A stretch of DNA of 64,000 nt from Protoeuglena noctilucae. Taxonomy: Eukaryota. Positions 1-11,084 of this stretch are shown one piece after another; the stretch's first letter is position 1; each line of letters begins with the position of its first letter. Below the pieces are notes generated by a model. That model was not told where the DNA came from. It saw only the letters and a list, made by a program, of their open reading frames with translations, and ran no database searches. The translations under genes were made by a program, and so were the position numbers. The stretch is from assembly GCA_958009085.1 (NCBI GenBank), contig OY253686.1, positions 124,001-188,000 of the forward strand. The letters are read 5' to 3'.

Positions 1-2
1 CG

Positions 3-3000
3 ATGGCGTGGGGAGGGCTCCCGCCGCGTTTTGTCAAGGCGGCGGTGGCGCTGCAGAGCGACAGCCGGGCGAGCCTGGTCCTCAACGGGGCGGCGGGGGA
101 GCCGTTCCCGCTCAACCGGGGCGTCAAGCAGGGATGCCCCCTGAGCCCGCTCATCTTCGTGCTGGCGGTGGAGCCCCTCGCAGAGAGGCTGCGGGCGTGG
201 GGCCAGGAGCCGGTGCAGCTGCCGGGCGGCCCGCGGTGCGACCGCGTGCTCGGCATCCGGACGACGGGCGGCAGGGCCCAGACGCTGCTGGCCTTCGCCG
301 ACGACTTCAACGTGCTGCTCCAACGGCTCGTGGGGCGCGACAGGAACCAACTCGACCCGTGGCGGGAGCTGGCCGAGGTGCTGCGGGACTTCCACCGTGT
401 GTCCGGGCTGAAGGCGAGCCAGACCGAGACGAAGCTCTACCGACTGGGACGCATCAACAAGCGGCAGGAGGCCAAGGCCGCCGCGCAGGGCTGCCCGTGG
501 GGGGTGGAGCCGGGGGGCGTGCGGCTGCTGGGGGCGCAGACGAGAGAGCAGGCGGCGCTGGTGTGGCCCGGGCGGCTGGGGGAGGCCCTGCGCCGCGCGG
601 ACGCGGCGTCATCGCTGGGGCTGCCGATCCGGGGTCGGGCGCGCGTCGCCAACGCCTACATCACCTCGCTCGCGGGGTACCACCTGGAGATGTCCCCCGC
701 CGCCGACCACTCGTGCGTCGCTGACCTGCGGAGGGTCCAGGAGCGCTATGTCCTCAACGCACGATCGGCGGGGCAGGTGTGGTTCCGTGTGGGCCGCATC
801 ATGCTGACCGCCCCGCCGGAGGAGGGGGGGCTGGGCGCCCTCCCGCTGGACGCGCACACGGCGGCGCGGCGGCTCCGGCACCTGGCACGCGCCCTCATCA
901 CGAAGCGCGTGGGCGCTCACGGCCAGTTGGGCGGTCTCGCTGGCATCCTCACGGCGTGCCTGGAGGGGCTCGGGGCAGGCCGGCTGGGCCTGCTGCCCTT
1001 CTCACTGCCCGAGACGGACGGTTGCCACGTGGCGCAGTTGATCGAGTCCCGCCGCCTGCGGGGCAAGCTACCGGCGCTCGAGAGCTTCTGCGACGCCATT
1101 AAGGGCCTCGGGTCCCTGCGCGCGACCCTCGGGCCCGTGCACGCGCCGCCACCTCTGGCACCCACGACGGACGAGGTCGCCCAGCAGCGCTGGACCAACC
1201 TGGCGGCGGAGGGCCGGCTGACGCTCAACTTCGACGGGGGCTCGCGGGGCAACGGTTCCGACACGTCCACGGCTGGCGCGGGGGCGGTGCTGGCGGCCGG
1301 GGAAGGCGAGGGGGTGGAGACGCTGGAGCTCGCGGGCCCCGCCGTGCGCGGGGCCTCCAACAACCAGGCCGAGTTCGCCGCGCTTTTGGGAGGGCTACGC
1401 GCGGCAGTCGAGCTCGGCGCCACCAAGCTCCGCGTCCGGGGGGATTCCCTCCTCGTCATCCGCGCCATGGATCCGCGGGACTGCTCGGCGCTGCGGCACC
1501 CGGCGCTGGTGCCGTTGTGGACCGAGGCGCAGAGGCTCGCGGCGGGCCTCGACATCACTTGGGAGCACGTGCCACGGGAGCAGAACGCCCTGGCGGACCG
1601 CCTGTCCAACGTGGCCATGGACGGGCATGGCTGGCGGGGGGCGCGCGTGGGCGGCGGGGGCCTGGCGGGCACGGACGGCTCGCGTTTCGCCTCTTCTACG
1701 GACTTCTTCACCCCCGTCACTGGGACTACAAAGGGGGATCTACTCTGCGCGTCGCTTCTCACCCCGGGGGTCCTCTGTACCGCCGGCGGGGGCGGCCCGG
1801 GCGCGGGGGTGGCAGCCCTGGGGGCGCCGGCGATGGAGGGGGCGGCTGGCCCCCTCCACAACGACATGGGACAGGACCAAGACGATTCGGCCTCATCGCT
1901 CCACAGCTTCGCGACGGGCGTCCATGGGAGGGCTGGTGGGGCGTGGGTGCACGACGGCGCGCCGGGCGACGACAATACGGATGATGGGATCGACGAGGGG
2001 GGTGCTGGGTGGCCGGCGGGGGGCGGCCGGCCCCTCCTCCTGCACCCGGTGGGGAGGGCGATGGCGTTACGGGGTTTCGGAACTGTGGGGCATTATCTCT
2101 GCATGCGGGACCCGGCGCGGCGATGGGACACGTGGGTCTCCTGGGCGTTCGCGCTGGGCTATGATCGGCTGCCGGGGGTGGATCGGAGGGGCCTCGGCTG
2201 GGTGGTTGGGGCTTTTATGCTGGACTTGGGCCTCCTTGGGCCGGGCAACGAGTATGCCCGGCCAGACGTGGAGGGGCAATGGGACCCGTGGGACGGGCTG
2301 GCGCTCACGGAGGGCTTCATGGAGCGCCTGCGACTTGCCTCCCCGGGCGGCGGGGAGGCCAACGACTTCTACCGGCCCATGACGGCCACCGCGCCGGGCT
2401 GGGCACTGGACCCCGGCGTCGCCTCCAAGGCGGCGCTGGACCTGGCCTCCTACACGGTGCGGGAGGCGGCGAGGACGACGTGTGACAGGGCGGCGATCCG
2501 GCAGCGGCTGGAGCGCAAGGCGGAGGGCTGGGCGGCGGCGCTAGGGGAGGGACACGGCTTAACGGGAGAGGGATTGAGGCGCACGCTGGTGGCGCTCAAC
2601 GGACTGCCGCTGTCGGACGCCCTGCACGAGCGGCTGTGGCTGACGCTGGCGGACGGGTGGGCTACGCAGGACAGGATTTACTGGGCGGAACGGGACGAGT
2701 GCCCGCTGCTGACGGAGGAGGGGGAGGCGTGCATGGGAAAGGACAGCGCGGCCCACGCGTTCTGGGAGTGCTCGCGCGCGCGGGAGGTGTGGCGCGTGGC
2801 GAGGGGCATCGTGGCGTGGGCGGGGGGGGCGCAGGGGGCGCCCCTCCGCCCGTCGGCCCTCTTTCTGCTGCGCGTGCCGGAGGGCGCGCGGTTGGGGCCG
2901 CTCACGTGGGCGGTCGTGGCGGGGGCGACCGTGCAGGTCATCTGGCGCAGGCGGCAGCAGCTGACGAAGGACGCGGGGGCGGACGCGTCCCCGGCACAGC

Positions 3001-3185
3001 TGTTCGCGCAGATGACGCGCATCATGGCCGAGGAGCTCGTCGCTCTGGCGGCGTACCGGGGCGGGCGGGCCCTCGCGCGCTGCACGCACCCTGACGACGC
3101 CCTCTTACACCCAAGGGACCCGGCGAGGTCCACCTTCACCTACACTGCGCCCACATGGGCAGCCGTCGAGCCGCTACTCCCCTGA
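3..3185 (+). mobile_element. L1/Tx1-like non-LTR retrotransposon ORF2 (5' part outside window): RT, RNase H, C-terminal zinc finger
   Basis: RT motifs GVKQGCPLSPLIF and FADD; PPEEGGLG; RNase H motifs FDGGSRGN, NNQAEFAAL, GDSLLVI, HVPREQNALADRLSN (~1220-1620); CPL-x7-C-x7-HAFWEC zf-RVT. Confidence 0.95.
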
Positions 3186-3639
3186 GGGGGCCTCTTCATT
3201 CGCAGCACGCCATCACCCCACGACATTCGGGCCGGGGCGCCGGCGCCGGACGGGTGGCCTTCGGGCTGCTCGTTCCGGCGTCGGCGCCCCGGCCAACTGG
3301 GGCGCCCACGGCCACACTGAGCATCTACGGAAGAGTCCGTCTGCCGGCTAAAACAAGCTCCCCTGCACCCAGGATGATATGGGCTGGAGTACCGCACGGC
3401 GGCGCCACCGGCGACCCCCTGGGCTGCCTGGCCGGAGGCGGAGCCTGAGAGGGGCCGCGGGCGGGGGGTCCACGCGATGCGCGCGCAGCCGCAGGGGCGT
3501 GGGGCGCGCTGTGGCGGCAAGGGCGGGCGCCTCACGGGGAGGGTGCCGGCGCTCGGGACACCAAGGGCTTCTGCGCACCCACGCTCCATCTCTCGCATGC
3601 CTCGCAGGTTCTCGGACGCACACTCGACAGCTTTACCCA

Positions 3640-4510
3640 CACGCCTGCTCTTCACCTTCCCCGCAGCCGGCCATGCCACCCCACCCCAATCCGCATTACT
3701 CCCACATCCACCCGACTGCATCGCTCCCACCAGGTCCCTAAGCCAGCCCACTGCCTTCCTATGACGCACACTTTCCACCCCCCCACATCACACTGCACAC
3801 GCACCCTGCCCCAGCAGCACTCACCCGCATGACACGCCGCCCCGTCCATGCCCGCAGCTAACAGGTAGATGCCTCTTCCAACCAGACCACACACGCCCTC
3901 TAACTCTCTGCACGCACCCTCGTCACTCATCTCACGATCTCGCCGCTCAGCACCACTCTTGCCCACTCACCGTGCATCACCACTGACATACACACGTTCA
4001 CCTCTCAACCCCCTCTCCTCTTCCACATGGACCCCCACATAAACCACCTTCCTGCTCAGCACACATCATCTCCCACCCCTCCCCCTGCCAGCCCAACGCC
4101 ACACCTCTCTCACGCACCACGCCCCCCCACACACCTCACCTCACACGCCCAACCAGCCTCGCCCTTTTCGCAAGCCCTCCTGCCCCACGCACCCCCCCCC
4201 TAGCTGCACAGGTAAGGCTCAGCACCCTCTCCTCACAGCTAATGCCCAGGTGAGCACACGCCTCCCTCAGCGCATCACTCCCCATGCACCAAGCACCACA
4301 CACTGATCCAGCACAGCATCTGCACCTCCTGACCTCCCCCAATCACGCACAGACCTCCTCGCATCCTCCCACGACCACCCTAACCCTCTTTGCCAGCCGC
4401 AGATCAGGACCCACACCAGCACTCATCCTCCGTCACGCACACCGTCACCTCTCCCTGACCGCAGACCTGGACGGACGAGCACACGTACCCTTGCCTCACC
4501 CCTAGCCCTC
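3640..4510. repeat. C/A-rich low-complexity tract
   Basis: Strong C+A skew (cacac, ccctc runs); no credible ORF. Confidence 0.6.
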
Positions 4511-5324
4511 TGCAGCCATGCCTCGCAGGCCCTTGGTGTCCCACAGCCGCCAGCGCTCACCCGTGGGGCGACTGCTCCGTCGCCGTCGCGGCGCGCCCCA
4601 CACACCCACGGTACTGCGCGTGCCGCTTGGCCTCCCCGCCCGTGGCCCTTCAGGGGCTCTGGCGCTGGTCGGGTGGGTCCGCGTGGGGGTCGCCAGCGCG
4701 TCGCCTGTGCTCCAGCCAACGTGCGAGACCAGCCCCGCTGGGGGGGGCTGGCAAAGGGTGCGACGGGGGACAAACGTCGGGGCAGAGCTGGCAGCAACGG
4801 GTTGATGGGCTCAGACAGTGGCGAGAGACGTGGCGCCCGTGGGGTGGAACGCCGGGGATGTCGTGGGAACACCCGGCAGTGGCGCAGAACGGACCAGGCG
4901 CCACAGGATCAGAGAGCGGCGTGGCTGCAACGAGGCGGGGATAGTGGGAGCGCAAGCGGGGCCGGAGGGCCTGTCTTCGGGAGTCTGCTGAGGAGGCCCT
5001 GCAGGAGAGCAACGGACGGCGTGGGGTGCTGGCGCCCGGCATGGTGGCGTTGGCGGGGGCGACCCCTCGCACGGCACACAGCAGGGTAGCGGGCTTCTGG
5101 GGGCGGGCGCGATGGCAGCGCGGCAACAGCGAGCGGCGGCGGCGAGAGTAACACAAGGGGCAACGAGTGTTGTGGGTGGGCATGGGCTGGGCGACACAGG
5201 GGTGTCGGGTGTCTGGGGGGCGACGGGGGCGCGAGGCAGGCCAAGGTCTTCTGGGTGCGCGGGGGCGCGTAAGCGGGGGGGCGGCCACGGGTATCAGGGC
5301 GCGCGGGTGCGCGGAGCGAGAGGT

Positions 5325-5570
5325 GGGCCAAGGTCGTCAGCGTCAAAGGGCCAGGGTCGCCACAGCGTCGGTTAAAGGTCGTCAGCGTGATATGCCAAGG
5401 TCGTCAGCGCGATGGGCCAAGGTAGTCAGCGCGATGGGCCAAGGTCGTCAGCGCATTAGTCCAAGGTCGTCAGCGTGACGGGCCAAGGTCATCTGGGCGT
5501 GTGGGGGCGAGGAGTTGAGGGACGGGCCAAGGCCGACGGGCGCGGGAGAGGACGGGCCAAGGGCCAAGAT
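5325..5570 (+). repeat. Degenerate tandem minisatellite, ~22-bp unit GGGCCAAGGTCGTCAGCG(CGAT)
   Basis: About 8 near copies at 5325-5490, further GGGCCAAG remnants to 5570. Confidence 0.85.
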
Positions 5571-6011
5571 CGACGTGCGGGAGCGAGGAGCGGGGTCGCG
5601 TCGTGGGTCTCTGGGCACACGGCCGAGTGGGTCGTGCCGGCGCACGCACCCGGAGCGGGGCGGTCTGGGGCGGTCCACATGAGAGGCAGCCGGCCCTCGG
5701 GGGCGCAGCGTGGGCGAGCGGGGCGCCCAGGGGCAACGCTGCGCCCCCCAACGAACGCCGTCTGCGTTCGGACCGCCCCCACCGCCCTCGCGTCCGGGCC
5801 AGCGTGGCCGGGTGGGCGAGCCAGCCGGGCCGCCTGAGGAGGATGGGAAGAGGGTAGGGAGCGGGGGATGTCATGATTGGCCGCACATAAGCTACACAGA
5901 TCGTCATTAGCCTCGGCCTCACCTTTTGTAATAGACGCCCGGGGGTCTCCACGGAGGGCCCCCGCGGCTGCATCGTCCCACTCTGGGACGGCGATTCTGC
6001 CTTCGGGCGCA

Positions 6012-6165
6012 GCGAGGGGGCTAGGGGTGCAAGAACCCGGGGTGGGCGACCCCTTTGCCTTAGGGTGGGGCGACCTAGCGGGGGCGGGCCACGTGCCATA
6101 TGCACTGCAACGATGGAAACCCCGGGGTGTCAGCTGCCCCGGGGGACGGCACTTCTGCCGCAAGG
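6012..6165 (+). repeat. Diverged copy of the retroposon 3'-end sequence also at 26881-27158 (-) and 28435-28710 (+)
   Basis: Shared GGGGCTAGGGG..GCCTTAGGGTGGGG.GACCTAGCGGGGGC.GGCCA.GTGCCATATGCA.TGC..CCCCGGGGTG..GCCCCGGGGGA.GGC. Confidence 0.85.
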
Positions 6166-6171
6166 CGTGGC

Positions 6172-6577
6172 TCTGAGAGTCATAGCACCCCTCGACTGTT
6201 GAATCGCTCATCATCTTCGTGAGGTCGTATTCCTCCAACTTCTCATCGATGAGCTGTTCGATTTCGGTTAATGGAAAATCGGTATCGTAGACTATTTGAA
6301 CCCCCGCGGGAGCCTTCCCAAGGACAGATCGTACTTTCTTATCGCGCGTACTCGTAGGACTACACCAAAAGACATAATCGAACGAGTGTGTTTTTAAATA
6401 CTTCTCGAGCAATCGTAGCAGAAAAGTCGTCTTACCGCATCCGATGCCGGCCACAAAGTACCCGAATAACTGCTGGTTGTCCTTAGCAATGGCTGGGAGT
6501 CCTTCGGGAGCTTTACGAGCGTCCTCGACATCATCAGGGATTCTTTTAATGGCCAAATCTCCCGTTATCTTGTGCAT
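6172..6577 (-). pseudogene. A32/FtsK-like DNA packaging ATPase, C-terminally truncated
   Basis: FVAGIGCGKTTFLLRLL Walker A followed by FDYVFWCSPT; no Walker B before the frame runs into the retroposon repeat. Confidence 0.8.
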
Positions 6578-6831
6578 ATACAAGATGCTACAAAACAAAA
6601 ATCGTAATCACATCAAACGGTTAATAAAATTACACAAGGCGATAAAGAAGGGGGCAGCGGCGGAGCCGCGACGCACGTAGGCCGTAGGCCGTCGTACCTT
6701 GCTGCCCCCTTAAACCCCTTAACAAGGGAATTCTTCCCCTGGCGCCTGTGGCGCCTCCAGGGTTATAGGGGGCCGAAGGGAGCATAGCTCCTACGGTCTT
6801 CGACCGCCAATGGGCTACGCCCTCGGAGTCC

Positions 6832-7617
6832 CTAATAGAACCCCAACAGGTTTTCATAATGAATCTTACGGCGACTCATCAAGAGAGCGGGGATTTGAGT
6901 CATGCCAGGCGGTGGCAAATTAATATTGTATACGGAGGGCGCCGCCCCCCCGAGCCCCCCATTCGTCTGGCCTTCGGGGCCGTAGGCCGGTTGTACGTTC
7001 GTCCCCGATGGGCCCCCTGCATCGCCACTTTGCCCTGTGCCCCCTGTTGGGGGTTGGGGGGCGTTGCCCCCCGCGAGTTGTTCAGGAGTGGGTTCATCCG
7101 GTTGGCTTCCATCAGGTTTCGAAGTTTCGCCTTGTCGGAGCAAATTGTCAATGTACTCACTTGCCGTATCACCTGGATTATCTCCTGGCTGAGGTTGGAA
7201 CATCGGATTGGTATGGATATCAATGTTTGCGTCGTCGAATGTCGTAATGGTTCTCTCAACATCGGCGCTAAAGAACTTTGCGTCTGGGTCAAGCGCATAG
7301 TAATGCGTCATGACCCTAGATTGTAAGCTCGTCTCGTCTGGCTTTAATGGATTCAAATAAATCACATCAATTACGACTTTTTTTGGATTTTGGGCATTTC
7401 TGGAGGATACTAAAAGTTGACCCAGTCGCTGAATCTCGCGATTCAACATAATAGATTCGGAATGGTCCAAGTTAGCAGAAAGCTTTTTGCGGATATCCAA
7501 TGCTATGATGAGCCACTTTCCTGGCTGATCCAGAGGCAAATCAAGGTCGTTTACAAAGTAGTGTATCACTTTTACATCGGACATAGTAAGGGACGTTTCT
7601 ACTGTGTATCCTAACAT
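6832..7617 (-). CDS. PLV hypothetical protein, Gly/Pro-rich C-half, conserved C-terminal motif
   Basis: ATG 3 nt after the TTTTCTAAAAGAT motif; ends QIPALLMSRRKIHYENLLGFY. Confidence 0.75.
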   Translation of the reverse strand: MLGYTVETSLTMSDVKVIHYFVNDLDLPLDQPGKWLIIALDIRKKLSANLDHSESIMLNREIQRLGQLLVSSRNAQNPKKVVIDVIYLNPLKPDETSLQSRVMTHYYALDPDAKFFSADVERTITTFDDANIDIHTNPMFQPQPGDNPGDTASEYIDNLLRQGETSKPDGSQPDEPTPEQLAGGNAPQPPTGGTGQSGDAGGPSGTNVQPAYGPEGQTNGGLGGAAPSVYNINLPPPGMTQIPALLMSRRKIHYENLLGFY

Positions 7618-7724
7618 ACAATCTTTTAGAAAAAAGAGGGACGCAGTCCCCTCTACCCCTACGGCGCCTACGGCGCCAATCAATAGGCCAACCAAACGTG
7701 CAATAAAGGGGTGCAACCCCTTCC

Positions 7725-8516
7725 TTAATAGTTACCAAGTAAATTTTCATATCGAATCCGCTGCCTGCTTCTAAGAAGTGCTGGGATTTGTGCAAGCGGA
7801 TTGTTTACGAACATAATGTTTCCAGCCAATGCATTCACAGCAATCACCCTCGCTTGTTGGCTTGCCGTCTGCGCGGATGAGTCTGATACTAACTTGGGTG
7901 TGGTCACGGGGTCCCTGGGGCCCCCTTCTTGTATAGGTTCCAACGCTGGGTCCCTAACGTCATGCACAGGGTCCACCGGCTCATGCACTTGCGTTTCACT
8001 TGCTTCGGGTCTGGGGTTTGGTTCTCGTTCTTGTTCTTGTTCTTCCCTTTTCCGGTGCTCTTCCTTATTTGCTTTTTCTTTCGCATCAACTATACGAAGC
8101 TCTACGTCGTTATCGAAAGTTTCCGAGTCAGATTTTTGGGCCATGCAGTAATAAGGTCGTCTCTCCTCGCCTGAAAATGGGTCTTTGTGTGCTCGCCAAT
8201 GACAGCCCTTTATTCCTTTATCGTAGTTTATTTTACTCTGAATAAGTCGAGACACGCGCAATAAAAATCTGTCTATAATCTCACGCAAGTGTTTGTCTTC
8301 TTCTTTATCAAATAAAACATAAGCCGTTGCCAAATTGTCTAACACTGCTTCGGGCGACTCTGCTTAATCTAAATTTGTAAAAGTAAACTGATATTCATCT
8401 TTCAGTTTTGTATACAGTCTTTTTAGTTCAGTTTTGTCATGTGCTGTAAAAGCACGCTCTGCGCGGTCTCTACTTACACTTTCGTTTCCTGGTTTAGACC
8501 GTTTTCGTGGTGGCAT
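7725..8516 (-). pseudogene. PLV hypothetical protein with in-frame TAA at 8364-8366
   Basis: ATG at 8516 (MPPRKRSK) follows the promoter motif and is in frame with ORF 7725..8345; ends QIPALLRSRQRIRYENLLGNY. Confidence 0.75.
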
Positions 8517-9288
8517 ATAATAACTTTAGAAAAAGAGCGGCGACGGCCTCGCGACGGCCTACAGGGGTTAGGGGATGCAATCCCCTTTGATAGGTACTAA
8601 CATTCAGCGTCAGGGTCCAAGGGAGGTTTGCTGTGATTATGTTTCCGTCTCCGTCCGTGATATATATTTGGGGCGCCAAGAGACTGTTGACTTCCTCATC
8701 GATAATAATATGTGCATCGTCCTGGCGTCCGTTGTAGACGAGTCCATCTTGTTGGTCATTGATGGGCAACTCAATGAGTACGTCCCCTCGATTCACACCA
8801 CCGCCTGGGACTGAAGCGTAGCTCCGATTACAGAAATTTGCGTGCACTACGATATCTCGTGTCCAGTTCAACACACATGGCTTGTCGGACTCAACGTACC
8901 CTGATGACGTCACCGTCAAGGGGGTGCTCACACCGAGCAGAGTACTCGGCTCGACAACAAGGGGGACACCCCCGGCGCGCCAAGACAAACGGTTCGAGTT
9001 CTCATTAAATTCACAGAGAATTCCAGGCACGGTAGAAGATATCCAAGCAGCGAGTCCATACACATCACTTTGGGTCATGTCAGGGACGCCGTACGTCACT
9101 GGGCTTCCTGATGGTCCGATTTGGATGGACTGGAGGGGCAATCTTTTGGAGAAGTCAACGGTGTTAATGCTAAGGCTTCCACACCAGACTTTGAGGATTC
9201 GCTTGTTGGTGAACCAGGGGATTGTAAAGAGGTACTTTCCTGTTCCGTCAGAGATACCGTGTTCGGAGCGGAGTCGGAATTTCCACAT
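8494..9288 (-). CDS. Minor capsid protein (penton, single jelly roll)
   Basis: Polinton/virophage penton-like pattern: IVVHANF..DVLIELPI..IYITDGDGNII..PWTLTLNV. Confidence 0.75.
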   Translation of the reverse strand: MWKFRLRSEHGISDGTGKYLFTIPWFTNKRILKVWCGSLSINTVDFSKRLPLQSIQIGPSGSPVTYGVPDMTQSDVYGLAAWISSTVPGILCEFNENSNRLSWRAGGVPLVVEPSTLLGVSTPLTVTSSGYVESDKPCVLNWTRDIVVHANFCNRSYASVPGGGVNRGDVLIELPINDQQDGLVYNGRQDDAHIIIDEEVNSLLAPQIYITDGDGNIITANLPWTLTLNVSTYQRGLHPLTPVGRREAVAALFLKLLYATTKTV

Positions 9289-9470
9289 ATTAACTTTGAG
9301 AAAAGAAGCGGCGAAGCGGCTTCGCGCCCCGGGGGCTCGAGGGACTCCGCCCCTCGCATAATTTCTAAACCGTTTTTACGGGCATGGTTCATGACAAGCA
9401 TCTTTGCCCAGAAATAATCAAGTTCAGGTACATCGCGAAGAAGGTTTTTGACTTCCTGTTCAACGTCCAT
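9096..9470 (-). CDS. PLV small hypothetical protein (true end probably near 9355)
   Basis: ATG after palindromic motif; ORF reads through a hairpin and into the next gene. Confidence 0.55.
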   Translation of the reverse strand: MDVEQEVKNLLRDVPELDYFWAKMLVMNHARKNGLEIMRGAESLEPPGREAASPLLFSKLICGNSDSAPNTVSLTEQESTSLQSPGSPTSESSKSGVEALALTPLTSPKDCPSSPSKSDHQEAQ

Positions 9471-9528
9471 ATATAACTTTTCAGAAAAGTTAAATAAATA
9501 AAAACATGGGGTTCAAAGGGCGGAGCCC

Positions 9529-9798
9529 TTATGCGAGTTTGTCAAGCAGCCCCACGACCTTAAGGAGTTTATCAGCGCTGATTCCAGGCGTGTACTTAAA
9601 GTCGACCGAGCGGTGCCCTTTTGCAAGACTCAACACAGGCGATTCCGTGACTCCATTTAGCTCGCGCTCTGTCATCACGAGGTCAAGCACATCGAGGACG
9701 TCCACACAAACTTGCGCTGCGCTGTCAGTGTCCACCAGCTTACCGTTAACGACCTTGAGGTTCGCAACAACGTCTCCATCGCTCGTGAGTGTCACCAT
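9529..9798 (-). CDS. PLV hypothetical protein
   Basis: Motif-ATG at start, hairpin directly after stop. Confidence 0.7.
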   Translation of the reverse strand: MVTLTSDGDVVANLKVVNGKLVDTDSAAQVCVDVLDVLDLVMTERELNGVTESPVLSLAKGHRSVDFKYTPGISADKLLKVVGLLDKLA

Positions 9799-9965
9799 AC
9801 TAATCTTTAGAAAAGATTAATCAAATAAATTGGCGCCTGCGGCGCCTGGGGGTTTCAAAGGGGCGCCAGCCCCTTCATGCAAGCCCTTGTCAGGGGTGGG
9901 TATTAAACAGAATCATCATGACTACACCACGAATAATTTCCACGGTCACTCACGTGCCGTGCTTT

Positions 9966-10439
9966 TTAATGGCATAGAAACGTACCGGCGCGCTTGAGTG
10001 CAGACAAAGCGATGCTCTCGAGGTCAGTGAGCACAATATTTTTAAGAGCATCCAAGACGGTCTTCGTGAGGCCAGGTTTGGAGTCTACAAGTTTCTTAAT
10101 AGCAAGTTGGAGGACGTCCAGCCATCTATCACGATGCACGTTTTTACGAACAAGCTTTGCGAGCACCTTCACCACGCTCATGTGGTCATAAAAGGAATCG
10201 ATTTTGGTTTTTGCAACTTGGACGACTTTCATCGCGTCTTCGTGTGCGGGGTGAGCGATTCCATCTTCGTCATCAAGAGCGGTTTGGATGCACAAGGCCA
10301 GAGCAGTTCCACGAGCCGGGTCACTGGATGCTCGGTAAAGGTTGACGGCTTCCGTGAGGAAAGCATGGATGTTCTGAGGTGCTGACGACTTAAGCTTGGT
10401 CTCCCATTCGAGACTCAGCGCACTGGCGTCTATATCCAT
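9966..10439 (-). CDS. PLV hypothetical helical protein
   Basis: Motif-ATG start, 157 aa ORF. Confidence 0.7.
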   Translation of the reverse strand: MDIDASALSLEWETKLKSSAPQNIHAFLTEAVNLYRASSDPARGTALALCIQTALDDEDGIAHPAHEDAMKVVQVAKTKIDSFYDHMSVVKVLAKLVRKNVHRDRWLDVLQLAIKKLVDSKPGLTKTVLDALKNIVLTDLESIALSALKRAGTFLCH

Positions 10440-10533
10440 AAGAAACTTTAGAAAAGAAACGTCAGTGATTGGCCTTAAGGCCTCATCAAAGGGCGGCTGC
10501 GCCGCCGTCAGGGGTTAAAGGGGAAGAATTCCC

Positions 10534-11016
10534 CTAGAAGGGTTCTACACCTCCCGCCTTCTCGCGCACATATGGAGTTCCTGTTTTCGACTGAGCTGGA
10601 TAAACGGCGCCTGATGCTTGCGTCTGCGTATACAGGGGGTTCAAGGGGGCTGCGCTCCCTGCAGGGGCAATGATATACTTTGGAGGCTGTAAGCCAAAGG
10701 CAGATGCATTTGGTACAACACGCGTCGCTCGCTTAGGGCCGCTTCTAATAACAATGTCGTTCAGCCAGCCACCAGGACCAGGTTTCCAAGGACGCATACC
10801 ATCACACACGCGCCATGCGCGTTCAGCAGCACTACATGCGTCGCGGTCGCGGCCGCTACCACCAAGTCCTCGCAACGGCTGTTTCCACTCGACATGGTTG
10901 CGGTTAAGAACTCCCTGGAGTTCAGGAGTATTAAACCCAAAGTGGCTGTAAGCTTGGTTTTGTTTGTTTTCGGATACGAGAGGTATTTTCGTGAACAGGC
11001 CTGTCTCTATCCCCAT
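10534..11016 (-). CDS. PLV hypothetical basic protein (possible virion core protein)
   Basis: Perfect palindrome before ATG; lies directly downstream of MCP; hairpin at stop. Confidence 0.7.
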   Translation of the reverse strand: MGIETGLFTKIPLVSENKQNQAYSHFGFNTPELQGVLNRNHVEWKQPLRGLGGSGRDRDACSAAERAWRVCDGMRPWKPGPGGWLNDIVIRSGPKRATRVVPNASAFGLQPPKYIIAPAGSAAPLNPLYTQTQASGAVYPAQSKTGTPYVREKAGGVEPF

Positions 11017-11084
11017 AATTAACTTTAGAAAAGTTAACAAACTATGGGGCCGAAGGCCCCTCCAGGGTTATAGGGACGGAGTCC

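Noticed and set aside
5325..5490. CRISPR-like array
   Set aside because: Linkers are only 2-8 nt, repeats degenerate, no cas genes, eukaryotic context
5489..6171. C-terminal half of the 369-aa ATPase ORF
   Set aside because: It is antisense read-through of a retroposon repeat and GC-rich DNA, with no ATPase motifs
6172..6800. Left TIR, TSD and maturation protease of the PLV
   Set aside because: No reverse-complement match to 22063-22412 and no protease motif found; the left arm appears deleted, so absence is uninformative
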